Made by a program: the position numbers and the translations under genes. From Octopus vulgaris (taxonomy: Eukaryota), in the NCBI GenBank assembly GCA_951406725.2, contig OX597820.1, positions 5,518,001 to 5,582,000 on the forward strand: a stretch of DNA of 64,000 bases. The letters are read 5' to 3'. The notes under the pieces were generated by a model. It searched no databases and was not told the DNA's origin. It saw only the letters and a program-made list of their open reading frames with translations. Shown one piece after another: positions 14,195-26,962 of the stretch (positions are counted from its first letter, which is position 1; each line of letters begins with the position of its first letter).

Positions 14195-16062
14195 TCTCCC
14201 GTGAACATCTAGATTCCTTCCTCTCTTTCGTTCAATCCTTCCATCTTGCCCTCCACTTCACCTCCACTATCTCCAACACCTCTATCTCCTTCCTCGACAT
14301 TTCGGTCAGCATTCATCACTCCACTCTTACCACCTCCATTCACTACAAACACACAGACTCACATTCATACCTAAACTTCTCTTCCTCCCACCCCAAACAC
14401 ACCAAGCTTTCCATCCCCTATTCCCAATTCCTCCGTCTACGTAGGCTTTGTAGTGACGACCATGACTTTGAGACTCAGTCTCAACGTATGGCTCACCACT
14501 TCATCCTACGTGGATACCCCCTCACCACTATCCACACCGCCCTTGCTAGAGCACGTTCCGTAGACCGTGCATCTGCTCTCTCCCCCCCGAACCCGCCCTG
14601 TAGTCTCCCGCCTCCCTTTTCCCCTCACTTACCACCGCACGACCCTACGTCTCCAACGCACCATTCTTCGAGCTTTCCGTCATCTCCAGTTCGACCCGTC
14701 CACTTCACACCTCTTCCCTAACCGACCCCTCCCCTCCTTCAAACGAGTCCATAACCTATGAGACCTCTTGGTCCACAGCTCCTTCCCTGACCCTACCTCC
14801 CAACCTGGCTCGTTCCCCTGCTCCCGCCCACGTTGCCGTACTTGCCCTTACCTCTCCAACACCACCCTCCTCACTGGCACCCATCATCGACCCTATCGCA
14901 TCATCACCTCCTTCACCTACACCTCCAGCAATATCATCCATTGCATCTCCTGCTCTCTCTGCCATTCCCTGTACATCGGACAAACGGGACGCCGCTTGGC
15001 TGACCGGTTCGCGGAACACCTCCGTGACATCCGCCTTGCCAATGACACACCGGTCTCACGCCATTTCCGCTCCACCGGTCACTCCTTGCAACACCTGTCT
15101 GTGTTCGGATTGTCCTTGCACAGAGGCCATCCGGATTCCCGTTTGCGCCGTGAACAGGGATTAATCTTCTCTCTTTGCTCTTTTACGCCATTTGGTCTCA
15201 ACTCTCCCCCTTCTCATCTAACCTCCCCCCGACTCCTACTTTTCTTCAGTCCTTCATCTTTTCACCCCTACTCTCTTTCCCTCCTCTTCCCTTCTTCCCT
15301 CCTCTTCTCTCCTCTTTCTTCTTCCCTCTTCCCCTTCTCTCTTTCTCTCTGCTCCCTCACTCCCCTTCTCTCCCCTTCTCCTCTCCCCTCCTTTCCCATC
15401 CCCCTCCTCTTATCCTCTCCTTCCTTCCTCCCTCTCCCCTCCCCTTCCCTCTACTCTCCTTCCTTCTTCCCCCACCCCTCATCTCCCCTCTCCCCTCCCC
15501 CTCATCTCTCCTCCCTCCTCCTCCCCTCTCCCTCATCTCTCTTCCCTCCTCCACTCCTCTCTATTCGCTCCTCCTTTCACTCTCCCCACAGCCCCCACTC
15601 TACCCCAACCCCCAGCCGAACGCACACCCCACATGGGCTTTCTCCACCTCCCCACCTCCCCTCAACATCCCACCACACTACACTACACTACACCATACGA
15701 CATTACACATCACATCATACATACATACACACGTCCAGACCTTTCATACGCACATACATACTCTCACATACACACACGCACCCTTATGTTGGGGCGAGGT
15801 CATTTGACCCTGTTATCTCCCCTACTGATCTCTGACTTCTGGCCGAAATCAGACCGCCATGTTGATTCGTTAGCTCCTGCACGCATTTTTTTTCTCTCCT
15901 TGTTTCTCTCCGTGTTTCTTTTCTGTGTATCTTTCTGTCGAAGAGCGTAGGCTCGAAACGTAAAAGACTTGTTTTATTTATATTCCTGAGCGCCATACTA
16001 ATACATTGTTTGTTTGTACTCCACCTGCCTTCGTCTTTTGTTTATTTTCGTAATGCTTCCCG
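14192..16062 (+). mobile_element. Penelope-like retroelement, 5'-truncated (RT C-terminus + GIY-YIG endonuclease + pseudo-LTR)
   Basis: ISFLDISV..YKHTDSHSYLNFSSSHP..SIPYSQFLRLRRLCS..RGYP; PC.RPRCRTC; IIHCISCSLC..LYIGQTGRRLADRFAEH..VSRHF..E..LI...GLN; flanked by (TA)n on both sides. Confidence 0.92.
15930..15967 (+). ncRNA. Hammerhead-like motif in Penelope pseudo-LTR
   Basis: TCTTT CTGTCGA a GAGC gtag GCTC GAAAC GTA AAAGA; lies where minimal hammerheads are known in Penelope-like elements. Confidence 0.55.
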
Positions 16063-16103
<41 letters not shown>

Positions 16104-16107
16104 TACG

Positions 16108-16695
16108 TATTGCCCACTGTGGTCTCCCCATACAAGACAAAACATCTCGAGGATTGAATCACCCCAGAGGGCACTCACTAAACAAATTGAAGGCATGGCT
16201 GCTCTCGATTATTGGGATCGCCTTAAAGCCTTGAAACTCTACTCTCTCCAGCGTCGCCGTGAGCGGTACATCATTTGTACGACGTGGAGAATATACCGCC
16301 AACTTTGCCCAAACGACCTAAACATTAGCTTCAAGGTTCATCCAAGACTGGGACCACGGGCCATACGTCCCCTGCCCAATTCAAGATCACAGCATACATG
16401 TACACTGCAACATAATTTCTTTTCCTCAACAGGCCCTACCCTATTTAACATTGTCCCGAAAGAGATCAAAGAGGAACAGGATCCCATCAACTTTAAACGG
16501 AGTCTGGATAGATTCCTTCAAGGAATACCAGATAAGCCACCAATAATTGGATACAACTCACCCAACAAAAACTCACTACTTGAATGGACCATAAACAAAA
16601 CTTGACTTAAACAGGATTCAAATAATCCTATCAGGTGGTGCTATCAAGTTAGACATGGCCTGGACCAATCTTTGGTCGAAACATATCTAAGGTTA
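16108..16695 (+). mobile_element. CR1-clade LINE 3' end (copy 1)
   Basis: CPLWSPH..IESPQR..EGM..LDYWDRLKALKLYSLQRRRER..FFS..GP.LFN.VP..FKRSLDRFL; near-identical to rc of 35469-36060. Confidence 0.88.
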
Positions 16696-17107
16696 TTTAC
16701 CAAAAATTAATTTGCGAAGGTGTCATTAATTCTATTATTATCCAATGTAACTATTTAAAAAACTGCTAATAACAGAATCAATGACACAAGCGATAGCAGG
16801 CAAAAAAGTGGCATTAAATAGCCGAGGGATTAAAATTAATCAAAGGACATACTAAGTATGTCTACCTGCTTGAAATAACAGTCAAAAACTCTTATTAAAT
16901 CGCCAAAATATTAAAAAAAGTTTACGTCTATATGTTTTCCTTTTGGGAATTTGCTGATTGACCTAAACGTTGTTCCTGAGTTTACCTCTTCAGTTGTCAT
17001 TTGTATCTAACTCATTCCGAATACTTCTTAGTTACAGCCCATATATCTCGCAGCAAACGTTGCCTAGTATATGTATATATGTATATATATATATGTGTGT
17101 GTGTGTA

Positions 17108-17499
17108 TCTTTATATATAAAAGTAAGGTTGTGTGTCTGTCTCCTATGATTTAGATTCCTAACTACTCCCACATTTTGCGGTGCAGTTTAACCAAAACCG
17201 GTTATCTTATAGTCGTGATTCATATCGAGCCCTTCTGGGTATTAGCGCACGTCTACGATGAGTCTACGATTTTAAAAAAATTTACCATCATTTTTTTCCA
17301 TTTTAATGCATTTTTTTCCGCTATTATATAAGGGAAGTAACTCTCTAAAAATGTCTACAATGAGTCAACGATTTAAAAAAATTTACCATAATTTTTTTTC
17401 CATTTTTAATGCATTTTTTACTATTTTTTGGCTATAACTCTCTAAAAATGCTTATATGGTTATTTCCCTTACAAACCCGAGCATCGCCGGGCGATACTG

Positions 17500-17502
<3 letters not shown>
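17108..17502 (+). mobile_element. Non-autonomous Helitron-like element
   Basis: 5' A|TCTTTATATATAAAA, internal ~100-bp duplication, subterminal hairpin CCCGAGCATCGCCGGG followed by CTA(G/T) end. Confidence 0.6.
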
Positions 17503-17557
<55 letters not shown>

Positions 17558-17950
17558 CTCGAAATACAAGAGCAGAAAAACAGCCAACAACAGATGAAGG
17601 ATCTTTCTTTATGTTGTTTGTCTTGTTTTCCATTTGTGTCTTTCGTTGTTCGAAAAAATAGCTCATATTCCATGTACTCGTACTTCGTATTGTTGTTGTT
17701 GTACACGTTTCGTGACGTCCTGTGCCCACATAGAGTAACTGCAGATTTCTCAATAGTTAAGCGTAGGTATTTTCCTTTTCGTTGATCTTCAGTTTTATGA
17801 TAACATCCGGTGGGCAGAAGTATTCGGAATGAGTTTCAGACGAATGACAAATTCCCAAAAGGAAAACATATAGACGTAAATTTTTTTAAATATTAAAAAA
17901 AACAACATTCACATTAAATCATATTAATACAGATCAATACAAATTTATAT

Positions 17951-18190
17951 TTATAACGTATAAATTTCCACAACTGTGCACTGTTTCTCTTCTCTATCCC
18001 AAATCATTATATCAGGTCTGTTGTGCTTACATTTTATTGAGGTCTTCGCTGAGACATTCCACTTGTATTCTTTTTTATTATGTGTGGCTTTGGCTTCTAC
18101 CATACTGTGGGTTCTTATTTCTTTTTTCTTCGGGTTTATCCTTCCAACGGATTTCATTATGGAGTGTCCCAGCTACATCATCACGTCTCG
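17951..18190 (-). mobile_element. Restriction-like endonuclease (REL) domain fragment of an R4/Dong-type LINE
   Basis: RRDDVAGTLHNEI ... WNVSAKTSIKCKHNRPDIMIWDREEKQCTVVEI (R/HD..PD..E motif), cut by (TATG)n. Confidence 0.7.
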
Positions 18191-19024
18191 TATGTATGTA
18201 TGTATGTATGTATGTATGTATGTATGTATGTATGTATGTATGTATGTATGTATGAATGAATGTATGTATATATGTATGTTTGTATGTATGTGTGTGTGTG
18301 TATGAATGTATGTGTGTATGTATGTTTTTATGTACGGATATATGTATGCATGTATGTATGTATGCATGTATGTATGTATGCATGTATGTATGTATATGTG
18401 TATGTATGTATGTGTGTATGTATGTATGTAGATCCTAAACATCTCCATAACTCTTCTGTTTCCCACATTCTCTCTTGTCTCATCCTTCTCCAAGCTAAGG
18501 TTTTGCTGCTTGAACTGTTAGAAACAATAGCCAAGTTCCCTCAAAATACCCTTTGGCACCTTGAATGTTGAATGAAGTAGTGTATAACATAGTTCGGTGT
18601 ACACCACACCTAAAAATAAACTAATAAAATACGACTGGATGGTCACGTGCAGAACAGATGTACTCAATCAGGGTCGCAGCAGCTTTGAACATCATCATCA
18701 TCATCATCATCATCATCGTCGTCGTCGTCGTCGTCGTCGACAACAAAAACAACAACAACAACAACAACAACAAAAGCGACTTAAGAATAACTTCTTTTAT
18801 CGATTACTGAAGAAGCATATGGATATGCTCGCAAGCATGCTAGAAATAGCAACTAAATTATCTTTCAAATTACACACCGTTGCCATCTGTAGAATAGGAA
18901 AAAAAACATGGGATGGTATTTGACGTACATGGTAAAAAAAACCCCAAAAAAACCAAAAAAAAAAACCAAAGAAACATATCTGAAGTAAAAGATTGGAGAA
19001 AGGTGGCTGGAATATTTTAACCAT

Positions 19025-19124
19025 NNNNNNNNNNNNNNNNNNNNNNNNNNNNNNNNNNNNNNNNNNNNNNNNNNNNNNNNNNNNNNNNNNNNNNNNNNNN
19101 NNNNNNNNNNNNNNNNNNNNNNNN
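19025..19124. other. Assembly gap (100 N)
   Basis: Run of N. Confidence 1.
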
Positions 19125-20665
19125 GCCCGTCGTATATCTATATAGGTGCAGGAGTGTTGTGAGGTAAGAAGCGTGTTTCCCAGCCATACGGTTCCAGGTT
19201 CAGTCCCACTTCGTGGCACCTTGGCAACTGTCTTCCACTATAGCTTCTGGACGACTAAAGCCTTGTCAGTGGATTTGGTGGAAGGAAACTGAAAGAAGCC
19301 CGTCGTATATCTATATAGGTGCAGGAGTGTTGTGAGGTAAGAAGCGTGTTTCCCAGCCATACGGTTCCAGGTTCAGTCCCACTTCGTGGCACCTTGGCAA
19401 CTGTCTTCCACTATAGCTTCTGGACGACTAAAGCCTTGTCAGTGGATTCAGTGGAAGGAAACTGAAAGAAGCCCGTCGTATATCTATATAGGTGCAGGAG
19501 TGTTGTGAGGTAAGAAGCGTGTTTCCCAGCCATACGGTTCCAGGTTCAGTCCCACTTCGTGGCACCTTGGCAACTGTCTTCCACTATAGCTTCTGGACGA
19601 CTAAAGCCTTGTCAGTGGATTCAGTGGAAGGAAACTGAAAGAAGCCCGTCGTATATCTATATAGGTGCAGGAGTGTTGTGAGGTAAGAAGCGTGTTTCCC
19701 AGCCATACGGTTCCAGGTTCAGTCCCACTTCGTGGCACCTTGGCAACTGTCTTCCACTATAGCTTCTGGACGACTAAAGCCTTGTCAGTGGATTCAGTGG
19801 AAGGAAACTGAAAGAAGCCCGTCGTATATCTATATAGGTGCAGGAGTGTTGTGAGGTAAGAAGCGTGTTTCCCAGCCATACGGTTCCAGGTTCAGTCCCA
19901 CTTCGTGGTACCTTGGCAACTGTCTTCTACTATAGCCTCTGGACGACCAAAGCATATTCAGTGGATTTGGTGGAAGGAAACTGAAAGAAGCCCGTCGTAT
20001 ATCTATATAGGTGCAGGAGTGTTGTGAGGTAAGAAGCGTGTTTCCCAGCCATACGGTTCCAGGTTCAGTCCCACTTCGTGGTACCTTGGCAACTGTCTTC
20101 TACTATAGCCTCTGGACGACCAAAGCATATTCAGTGGATTTGGTGGAAGGAAACTGAAAGAAGCCCGTCGTATATCTATATAGGTGCAGGAGTGTTGTGA
20201 GGTAAGAAGCGTGTTTCCCAGCCATACGGTTCCAGGTTCAGTCCCACTTCGTGGCACCTTGGCAACTGTCTTCCACTATAGCTTCTGGACGACTAAAGCC
20301 TTGTCAGTGGATTTGGTGGAAGGAAACTAAAGAAGCCCGTCGTATATCTATATAGGTGCAGGAGTGTTGTGAGGTAAGAAGCGTGTTTCCCAGCCATACG
20401 GTTCCAGGTTCAGTCCCACTTCGTGGCACCTTGGCAACTGTCTTCCACTATAGCTTCTGGACGACTAAAGCCTTGTCAGTGGATTCAGTGGAAGGAAACT
20501 GAAAGAAGCCCGTCGTATATCTATATAGGTGCAGGAGTGTTGTGAGGTAAGAAGCGTGTTTCCCAGCTACGCGGTTCCAGGTTCAGTCCCACTGCGTGGC
20601 ACCAACTATAGTCTCAGGATGACTAAAGACTTGTCTGTGGATTTGGTAGTTGGAAACTGAAAGAA
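19125..20665 (+). repeat. Tandem array of 173-bp units derived from the 5' half of SINE family B
   Basis: GCCCGTCGT recurs at 19125, 19298, 19471, 19644, 19817, 19990, 20163, 20335, 20508, 20666. Confidence 0.95.
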
Positions 20666-20672
20666 GCCCGTC

Positions 20673-20734
<62 letters not shown>

Positions 20735-20930
20735 TTGTCTGTGTTTGTCCACCACCATCGCTTGATAACGGATGCTGATGTGTTTACGTTCCCGTAACTT
20801 AGCGGTTCGGCATTAAGATACCGATAGAATGAGTACTAGGCTTATAAAGAATAAATCCTGGGGTTGATTTGCCCCACTAAACGCGGTCAAATGACTGAAA
20901 CAAATAAAGGAAAAGAATAAAAAGAATATA
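20528..20930 (+). mobile_element. SINE family B copy terminating the tandem array
   Basis: Head, internal (TA)n(TG)n, body, tail AAATGACTGAAACAAATAAAGG; a second partial body follows at ~20960-21180. Confidence 0.8.
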
Positions 20931-21411
20931 GTTATATACGTATGTTATCTATGCATATGTGTGAGTGTCTTTGAGTCTCCGTTTTCTCCCCCATCCAGTC
21001 TGACAACCGCTGTTGGTTTGGTTACATTTCCCTTTAACCTACCGTTTCGATAAAAGACCTATAGAATAAGTCCCAAGCTTTAGAAAGTACTGATTTCGAT
21101 TCCTATGACTAACATATTTCATGGTGGTGCCCCAGCATAGCCGCAGTTTCATGACTGATACAAGTAAAAGATAAATATAAATATAAACAAAGAATAAAAG
21201 CTGGAGTCCCTCGGGGAATGATGCTGAGTTCTGATGTTTAAAGATGGAACTTTATTCAAATCGAAGAAGGGCCGGGCATCATTGCGCCCTTTAATTCCCA
21301 GCCCTACGTCCTTTCAATGGTTCGCTTTACCAGCACTGCACCTCCTCAGTGGCTTAACCTACGCTGTGACTCTTGATTGCCTCAATCAACGCTGCATCTT
21401 TTGACTGATGT

Positions 21412-21480
21412 AACTAACACTACTTTAATCATAACTACTTTGATCATAACTACTTTAATCATAACTACTTTAATCATAAC
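21412..21480. repeat. 15-bp minisatellite (TAACTACTTTAATCA) x ~4
   Basis: Direct tandem visible (TTLII repeat in ORF). Confidence 0.85.
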
Positions 21481-22789
21481 TGCACCTCTTAACTGTTTTA
21501 CATCTTTTAAGTACCTTAAACAATACTGCACTTGTTGTTGGTCTTATCCAAGACTGCAACTGTTACTTGCCTTAACCGAAATCATACCTCGGAATTGCCT
21601 GCATTTTTTTATCTGTCTTATCACTGCATCTCTTGACCGACTAAGGAACGAATTTGGTGCCGTAGCCAAAATTGCGCCTCTTTGCTTCCTTTACCAAAAA
21701 CGTCAGCTCTCAATTGCCTTTACCAAACCTGCATCTCTTAACTGTCTTAGTGAACTCAACAACTTTTCAATGTCTTTTCCAACAGAACAGTCCTTGAGAG
21801 CTTGAAACAATTCCGCAACACAAAATTGCTTTAAACTTGAATGCACTTTCTTAGTGCCTTAAAACCCACAGCAGCCATTTTCAGAAATGAAGGAATACGT
21901 ATACAGTCGCACAATGGGCAAAAGAAGGCCTTTTCGTGAACATTCACAAATGATTTTGTCTTTCCTTAGAAAAGTGAACATTCACCGGGGTGGGCATATG
22001 TTTTATTAATTAAAATTGTTTCAGGAATCAATTTTTGATCTTTAAAGTGGTCTGTCTCGAAGACTTGAGTCGGTTTTTTGATATTCTGGCGATTGAAGAT
22101 CACAAGTTGGCAAATCAAAGGAAAATTGAACTACGAAATGTACCGAGATTCTAAACTGATGAAACGTGTCAAGTTGTTCTGTAGCCTTAAGCATATACTA
22201 CTTTGTAATAGGTGTATAATCTATCTTTTGTCATGTAATAACATAAACAGATCCACACAGGCAGGCAGAAGAGGATCAACTGTGATGTCTGTAACTGCAA
22301 AAAGAAAAAAAAAAAACCTTACGAATCGAATGCTCACATGATACGATTAAACTACAAAAAGAATGTCGAAATGGAATGTTTATTGTAAATTTTGCTCAAC
22401 AGGATTTCTGAAATAAAATTAGTTTCTATTTCGTGTTTACTGGTAGAGATGATGCTGCTGATGATGATGATGATCATCATGGTTACTCACTTAACATTGA
22501 TAAAATACATCAATTCTTTATAATTCTGCAGCAGAAATTTCCCATGAATAACATATTCATGTGTACAGAATAGAAAAAATTGATCTTCGTCTTTATTAAT
22601 AGAGTAATATACTCGTGGATATAATTTTAACCGAGTAAAATATTGCTACGAAGTGTTTAAAGGCTTGTTGGCATTCTGGTGTATTGTGAAGTCCTCTCAC
22701 TGTATTGTTGTATCAATTAAATTACATTTAAAGAACGAAAGGAGCTGATTTGTCGAAGTTCAGATTTTTTGGCACTCAGCCATTGTTCA

Positions 22790-23040
22790 AACAATCAGCA
22801 AACTGGGCTGAACATTGGCCCCTATATTGTGCATACAACTGGGCACTGGTGTCCTTCAATCTCATCTTGAAGGACTGTGTTCATGGACAACGATTTAATG
22901 ACACAGATGAGATGAAATGGATGAGAAGAACTGAACACAGCATCCCACAGCGTGAATTTTTCAAACAGGGTCCGAGAGTTGGATCCAATTTATGGTGCAG
23001 ATGCATCATTTGTGATGGAGACTATGAGAAAGAATAGCTT
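22790..23040 (+). mobile_element. Degenerate mariner transposase C-terminal fragment
   Basis: LKDCVHGQRFNDTDEMK...EFFKQG...LWCRCIICDGDYEKE resembles the mariner C-terminus. Confidence 0.6.
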
Positions 23041-23157
23041 TGAAAAGAAGATGGGTTACTCTTACGAAGATGAGCAAATGGAACGACCTGGGTTAGGCTT
23101 GCCTACTTTTCTATTACTTTCGGTTGATCCCTTGTATGTAAGAGCTACGACACATGC

Positions 23158-23193
<36 letters not shown>

Positions 23194-23204
23194 ATACATA
23201 CACT

Positions 23205-23249
<45 letters not shown>

Positions 23250-23255
23250 ATAATA

Positions 23256-23295
<40 letters not shown>

Positions 23296-23300
<5 letters not shown>

Positions 23301-23573
23301 CATATACATACAATATTAGACATGTACATATATGCACAAGGGTACTACATGAGTACCTATATCACTAAAGATAGAAGTCAAAAAAATACTTCTGTACCAG
23401 CGAATAGTCACAAATCTATTACAGACAAGATAGGAAAAAATATCAGTGAACAATAATAATGTCTTACCTGAAAGGGGTCAGAACAAGTAAATGCTGGTCA
23501 ACCTGGTACTTGGTACTCATGTGGTACCCTTGTGCATATATATGCACATGTCTAATATTGTATGTATATATTT
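23296..23573. repeat. Inverted repeat (~62-bp arms, ~154-bp spacer) next to (TA)n
   Basis: 23296-23357 is the reverse complement of 23512-23573 with few mismatches. Confidence 0.85.
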
Positions 23574-23661
23574 TATTAATTTGCCTGTACGGCTGATAAT
23601 TCGCTTACCACTTGTGATGGTATTTTAATAATACCATCCCTATATTTATATATGCATATAC

Positions 23662-24065
23662 TATTTACTCTTTTACTTGTTTCAGTCATTGGACTGCGGC
23701 CATGCTGGAGCACCGCCTTTAATCGAGCAACTCGACCCCAGGACTTATTCTTTTGTAAGCCCAGTACTTATTCTATCGGTCTCTTTTGCCGAACTGCTAA
23801 GTAACGGGGACATAGACACACCAGCATCGGTTGTCAAGCAATGCTAGGGGGACAAACACAAACACACACACGCTTATATATATATATATATACATACATA
23901 TATACGACGGGCTTCTTTCAGTGTCCGTCTACCAAATCCACTCACAAGACATTGGTCGGTCCGAGGCTATAGTAGAAGACACTTGCCCAAGGTGCCACGC
24001 AGTGGGACTGAACCCGGAACCATGTGTTTGGTAAACAAGCTATTTACCACACAGCCACTCCTGCG

Positions 24066-24068
<3 letters not shown>
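23662..24068 (-). mobile_element. Full-length SINE family B
   Basis: tRNA head, CORE-like segment, internal microsatellite, Nin-like segment, tail GGCGGTGCTCCAGCATGGCCGCAGTCCAATGACTGAAACAAGTAAAAGAG. Confidence 0.88.
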
Positions 24069-24109
<41 letters not shown>

Positions 24110-24544
24110 CCGCAGAGCTCCCAAAACTGGGCACCGACATCTAAACATTGTCCGTCCAAGTCTAATTAAGTGATCTATGAAGAAAACGAAACAATACCAA
24201 AGTAAGCGATCTCCGCAAGCGCTTTCCACTTTACTAGAAAGAAGAACAACGTCAGAATAACGAGACTCAGATAAATGAGATTCACAATCGAAAACGACAA
24301 GTGTGCATTCCCATCATCAGCTGCCCAAACAGATATCACTGTGGTTTCAACACCTGAGCAGCACCATTCTATCCGATCGTGTCAACAGCGTAAAAATTAT
24401 CAAATTTGTCTCGAAATCCACCAGCGTTTTATTGCAAGTAATAACATAAGAATAAGCAAATAGTGATAACTGATGGCTACAAAATAGAGCTAAACCCAAA
24501 ATGGACATTCAGAGACTACAAACTGACGTCCACAACTTGATGCG

Positions 24545-24898
24545 TTGCTGCTGTTGCTGTTGCTGTTGAGCGGTCCGAACCGTGGTCCTTTGCTATTCGT
24601 CAGACCCGCAGAAGAGAAAGCAGGTCAACCCCCGACACCGAGAGCATCGACGGATGGATGAATGCGCATCCAGGCTCAGCGGTTGCGTTGGAAGTCGGGG
24701 ACAAGAAACAGGAAGAAAGAGTGAGAGGAAGTTGGAGCGAAAGAGTACAACAGGGGTCGCCACCACCCCCTGCCGGAGCCTCGTGGAGCTCTAGGTGTTT
24801 TCGTTCAATAAACACACACAACGCCCGGTCTGGGAATCGAAACCGCGATCCTCCGATCGCGAGTCCGCTGCCCTAACCACTGGGCCACTGCGCATCCA
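24545..24898 (-). mobile_element. SINE family C, tail type 1
   Basis: Reverse complement of 5813-6180 (with an internal deletion). Confidence 0.85.
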
Positions 24899-25252
24899 TG
24901 CGTTGCTGCTCAATCAACTTTACACCTTCTCCAAAAGAAGCTTAATATCAATAGAGTACATCTGGAACTATCTACAAAGAAACGGACAAGATAAGAACAA
25001 TGTCTATGAAACATATTGAATGTATGTATGCATATGAGCGCACCATAAGCCCTGAGCGTTGGCACAAAGCGAACCTGCTGCGTCATTTAAGGACGTCTCA
25101 GACGAGCAGAATCAAACAAAACAGTTATAGCAGACCGTATCTAATGCATTGGTAGTCATTAGAAATTCTATTGATATATCAAGTAATGTTAAAATTAAAA
25201 TACCCCCTCCTCCTCCTCCTCCTCCTACTACTACTACTACTACTACTACTAT

Positions 25253-25283
<31 letters not shown>

Positions 25284-25375
25284 GCTACTCAGTCTAACTT
25301 GCTCGGGTTGATTCTGTAAGAGCGGACAACAACCTGTTGTTAAACTCCCCCACGGGGTTTCTTTTCGCAAATTAA

Positions 25376-25409
25376 TTAATTTTTTATTAATTTATTACTA
25401 TTATTATTA

Positions 25410-25468
<59 letters not shown>

Positions 25469-25532
25469 ATTATTATTATTATTATTATTTTTATTTTTGT
25501 AATTATTACTATTATTATTATTATTATTATTA

Positions 25533-25577
<45 letters not shown>

Positions 25578-25592
25578 TTTATAATTATTATT

Positions 25593-25652
<60 letters not shown>

Positions 25653-25667
25653 TTTATAATTATTATT

Positions 25668-25698
<31 letters not shown>

Positions 25699-25773
25699 TT
25701 ATTATTATAATTATTATTATTATTATTATTTTTATTTTTGTAATTATTACTATTATTATTATTATTATTATTA

Positions 25774-25807
<34 letters not shown>

Positions 25808-25813
25808 TTTATA

Positions 25814-25891
<78 letters not shown>

Positions 25892-25900
25892 TTTATAATT

Positions 25901-25931
<31 letters not shown>

Positions 25932-26020
25932 TTATTATTATTATTGTCGTTGTTGTTGTTATTATTATTACTAATACTACTATTATTATTATTATTATTA
26001 TTATCATTAATATTGTTATT
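25376..26020. repeat. Long interrupted (ATT)n tract
   Basis: Directly visible; poly-I/N ORFs are artefacts. Confidence 0.95.
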
Positions 26021-26390
26021 GTGTGAGAGAGCAGCGCATGTCATCAGTGTAACACTGGGTTACAAATATACGAAACCCAAAATACCCATCATAACTGCCC
26101 GTGTTATAAGGGTACACCAGGCATATGCATCACAAGCATATGTGCGCGACATGGAGGTCTCCTATCAAGATAAATCGCGCATGACATTGCAGGTGGTGCC
26201 CAGATAGAATTTTCATCAACTCGCGTAACCCCTCCTGCTCAAACGGTCCTTGAATAACTGGCTCAATCCATCCTTTTGTTTTTAGCTCTGCTGGGCATCT
26301 AGTAATCCTAAGCCTGCCGAGGATGCCAGTTTAATCAGCGGCGACCCGACCATGCAACAGGTTGTACTGGTTTATAGTAAAGCCAAAAGT
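26020..26390 (-). mobile_element. Probable retroposon 3' end attached to (TAA)n
   Basis: Non-coding GC-balanced block directly abutting the (ATT)n tract, as expected for a (TAA)n-tailed or (TAA)n-targeting non-LTR element; no protein motif seen. Confidence 0.35.
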
Positions 26391-26575
26391 GTTAAGTTTA
26401 AATTTGTCCAAGTGCACAATGTTCTCGATGTTCAGTGATGGTCATTCTTGGTAACGAGAGGACAGCCATCATCATTGTATGAAAGTATGTATAAACGTTT
26501 ATATAAATGTACGTAAGTATATATGTATATGCATAAGTGTGTATGTATGCTGTTGGGCTTGTGTGTATGTCTGTA

Positions 26576-26610
<35 letters not shown>

Positions 26611-26675
26611 AGAGGTGTACATGTAGTTATGGATCTTTCTCTCTTCTGAGCGTGTGTGTATGTATGTGTGTATGT

Positions 26676-26711
<36 letters not shown>

Positions 26712-26712
<1 letters not shown>

Positions 26713-26897
26713 TTGAAATTTATAGCAAAATAAAAAACGAGGACAGCTGTATGAATAACAAGCTGGTGTATCAGTTTGACGCTCTGGAAAATGAAAAGTC
26801 TTTTACGTTTCGAGCCTACGCTCTTTAACAGAAAAGAATAAGAGAAAATAAACAGGCAATGAAAAAATCCTGTAGATTTAGCAGTCAAGCATGGTGG

Positions 26898-26900
<3 letters not shown>
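26712..26900 (-). mobile_element. Solo Penelope pseudo-LTR fragment with hammerhead-like motif (26799-26836)
   Basis: rc CTGTTAAAGAGCGTAGGCTCGAAACGTAAAAGAC matches 15935-15968; between (TG)n and (TA)n. Confidence 0.7.

Positions 26901-26962
<62 letters not shown>

Noticed and set aside
14768-15835. 355-aa intact protein
   Set aside because: Only the first ~150 aa are GIY-YIG; the rest is read-through into CT-rich low-complexity 3' UTR.
19125-20665. CRISPR-like or tRNA gene array
   Set aside because: No unique spacers; the units are SINE heads without a closable acceptor stem; eukaryotic context.
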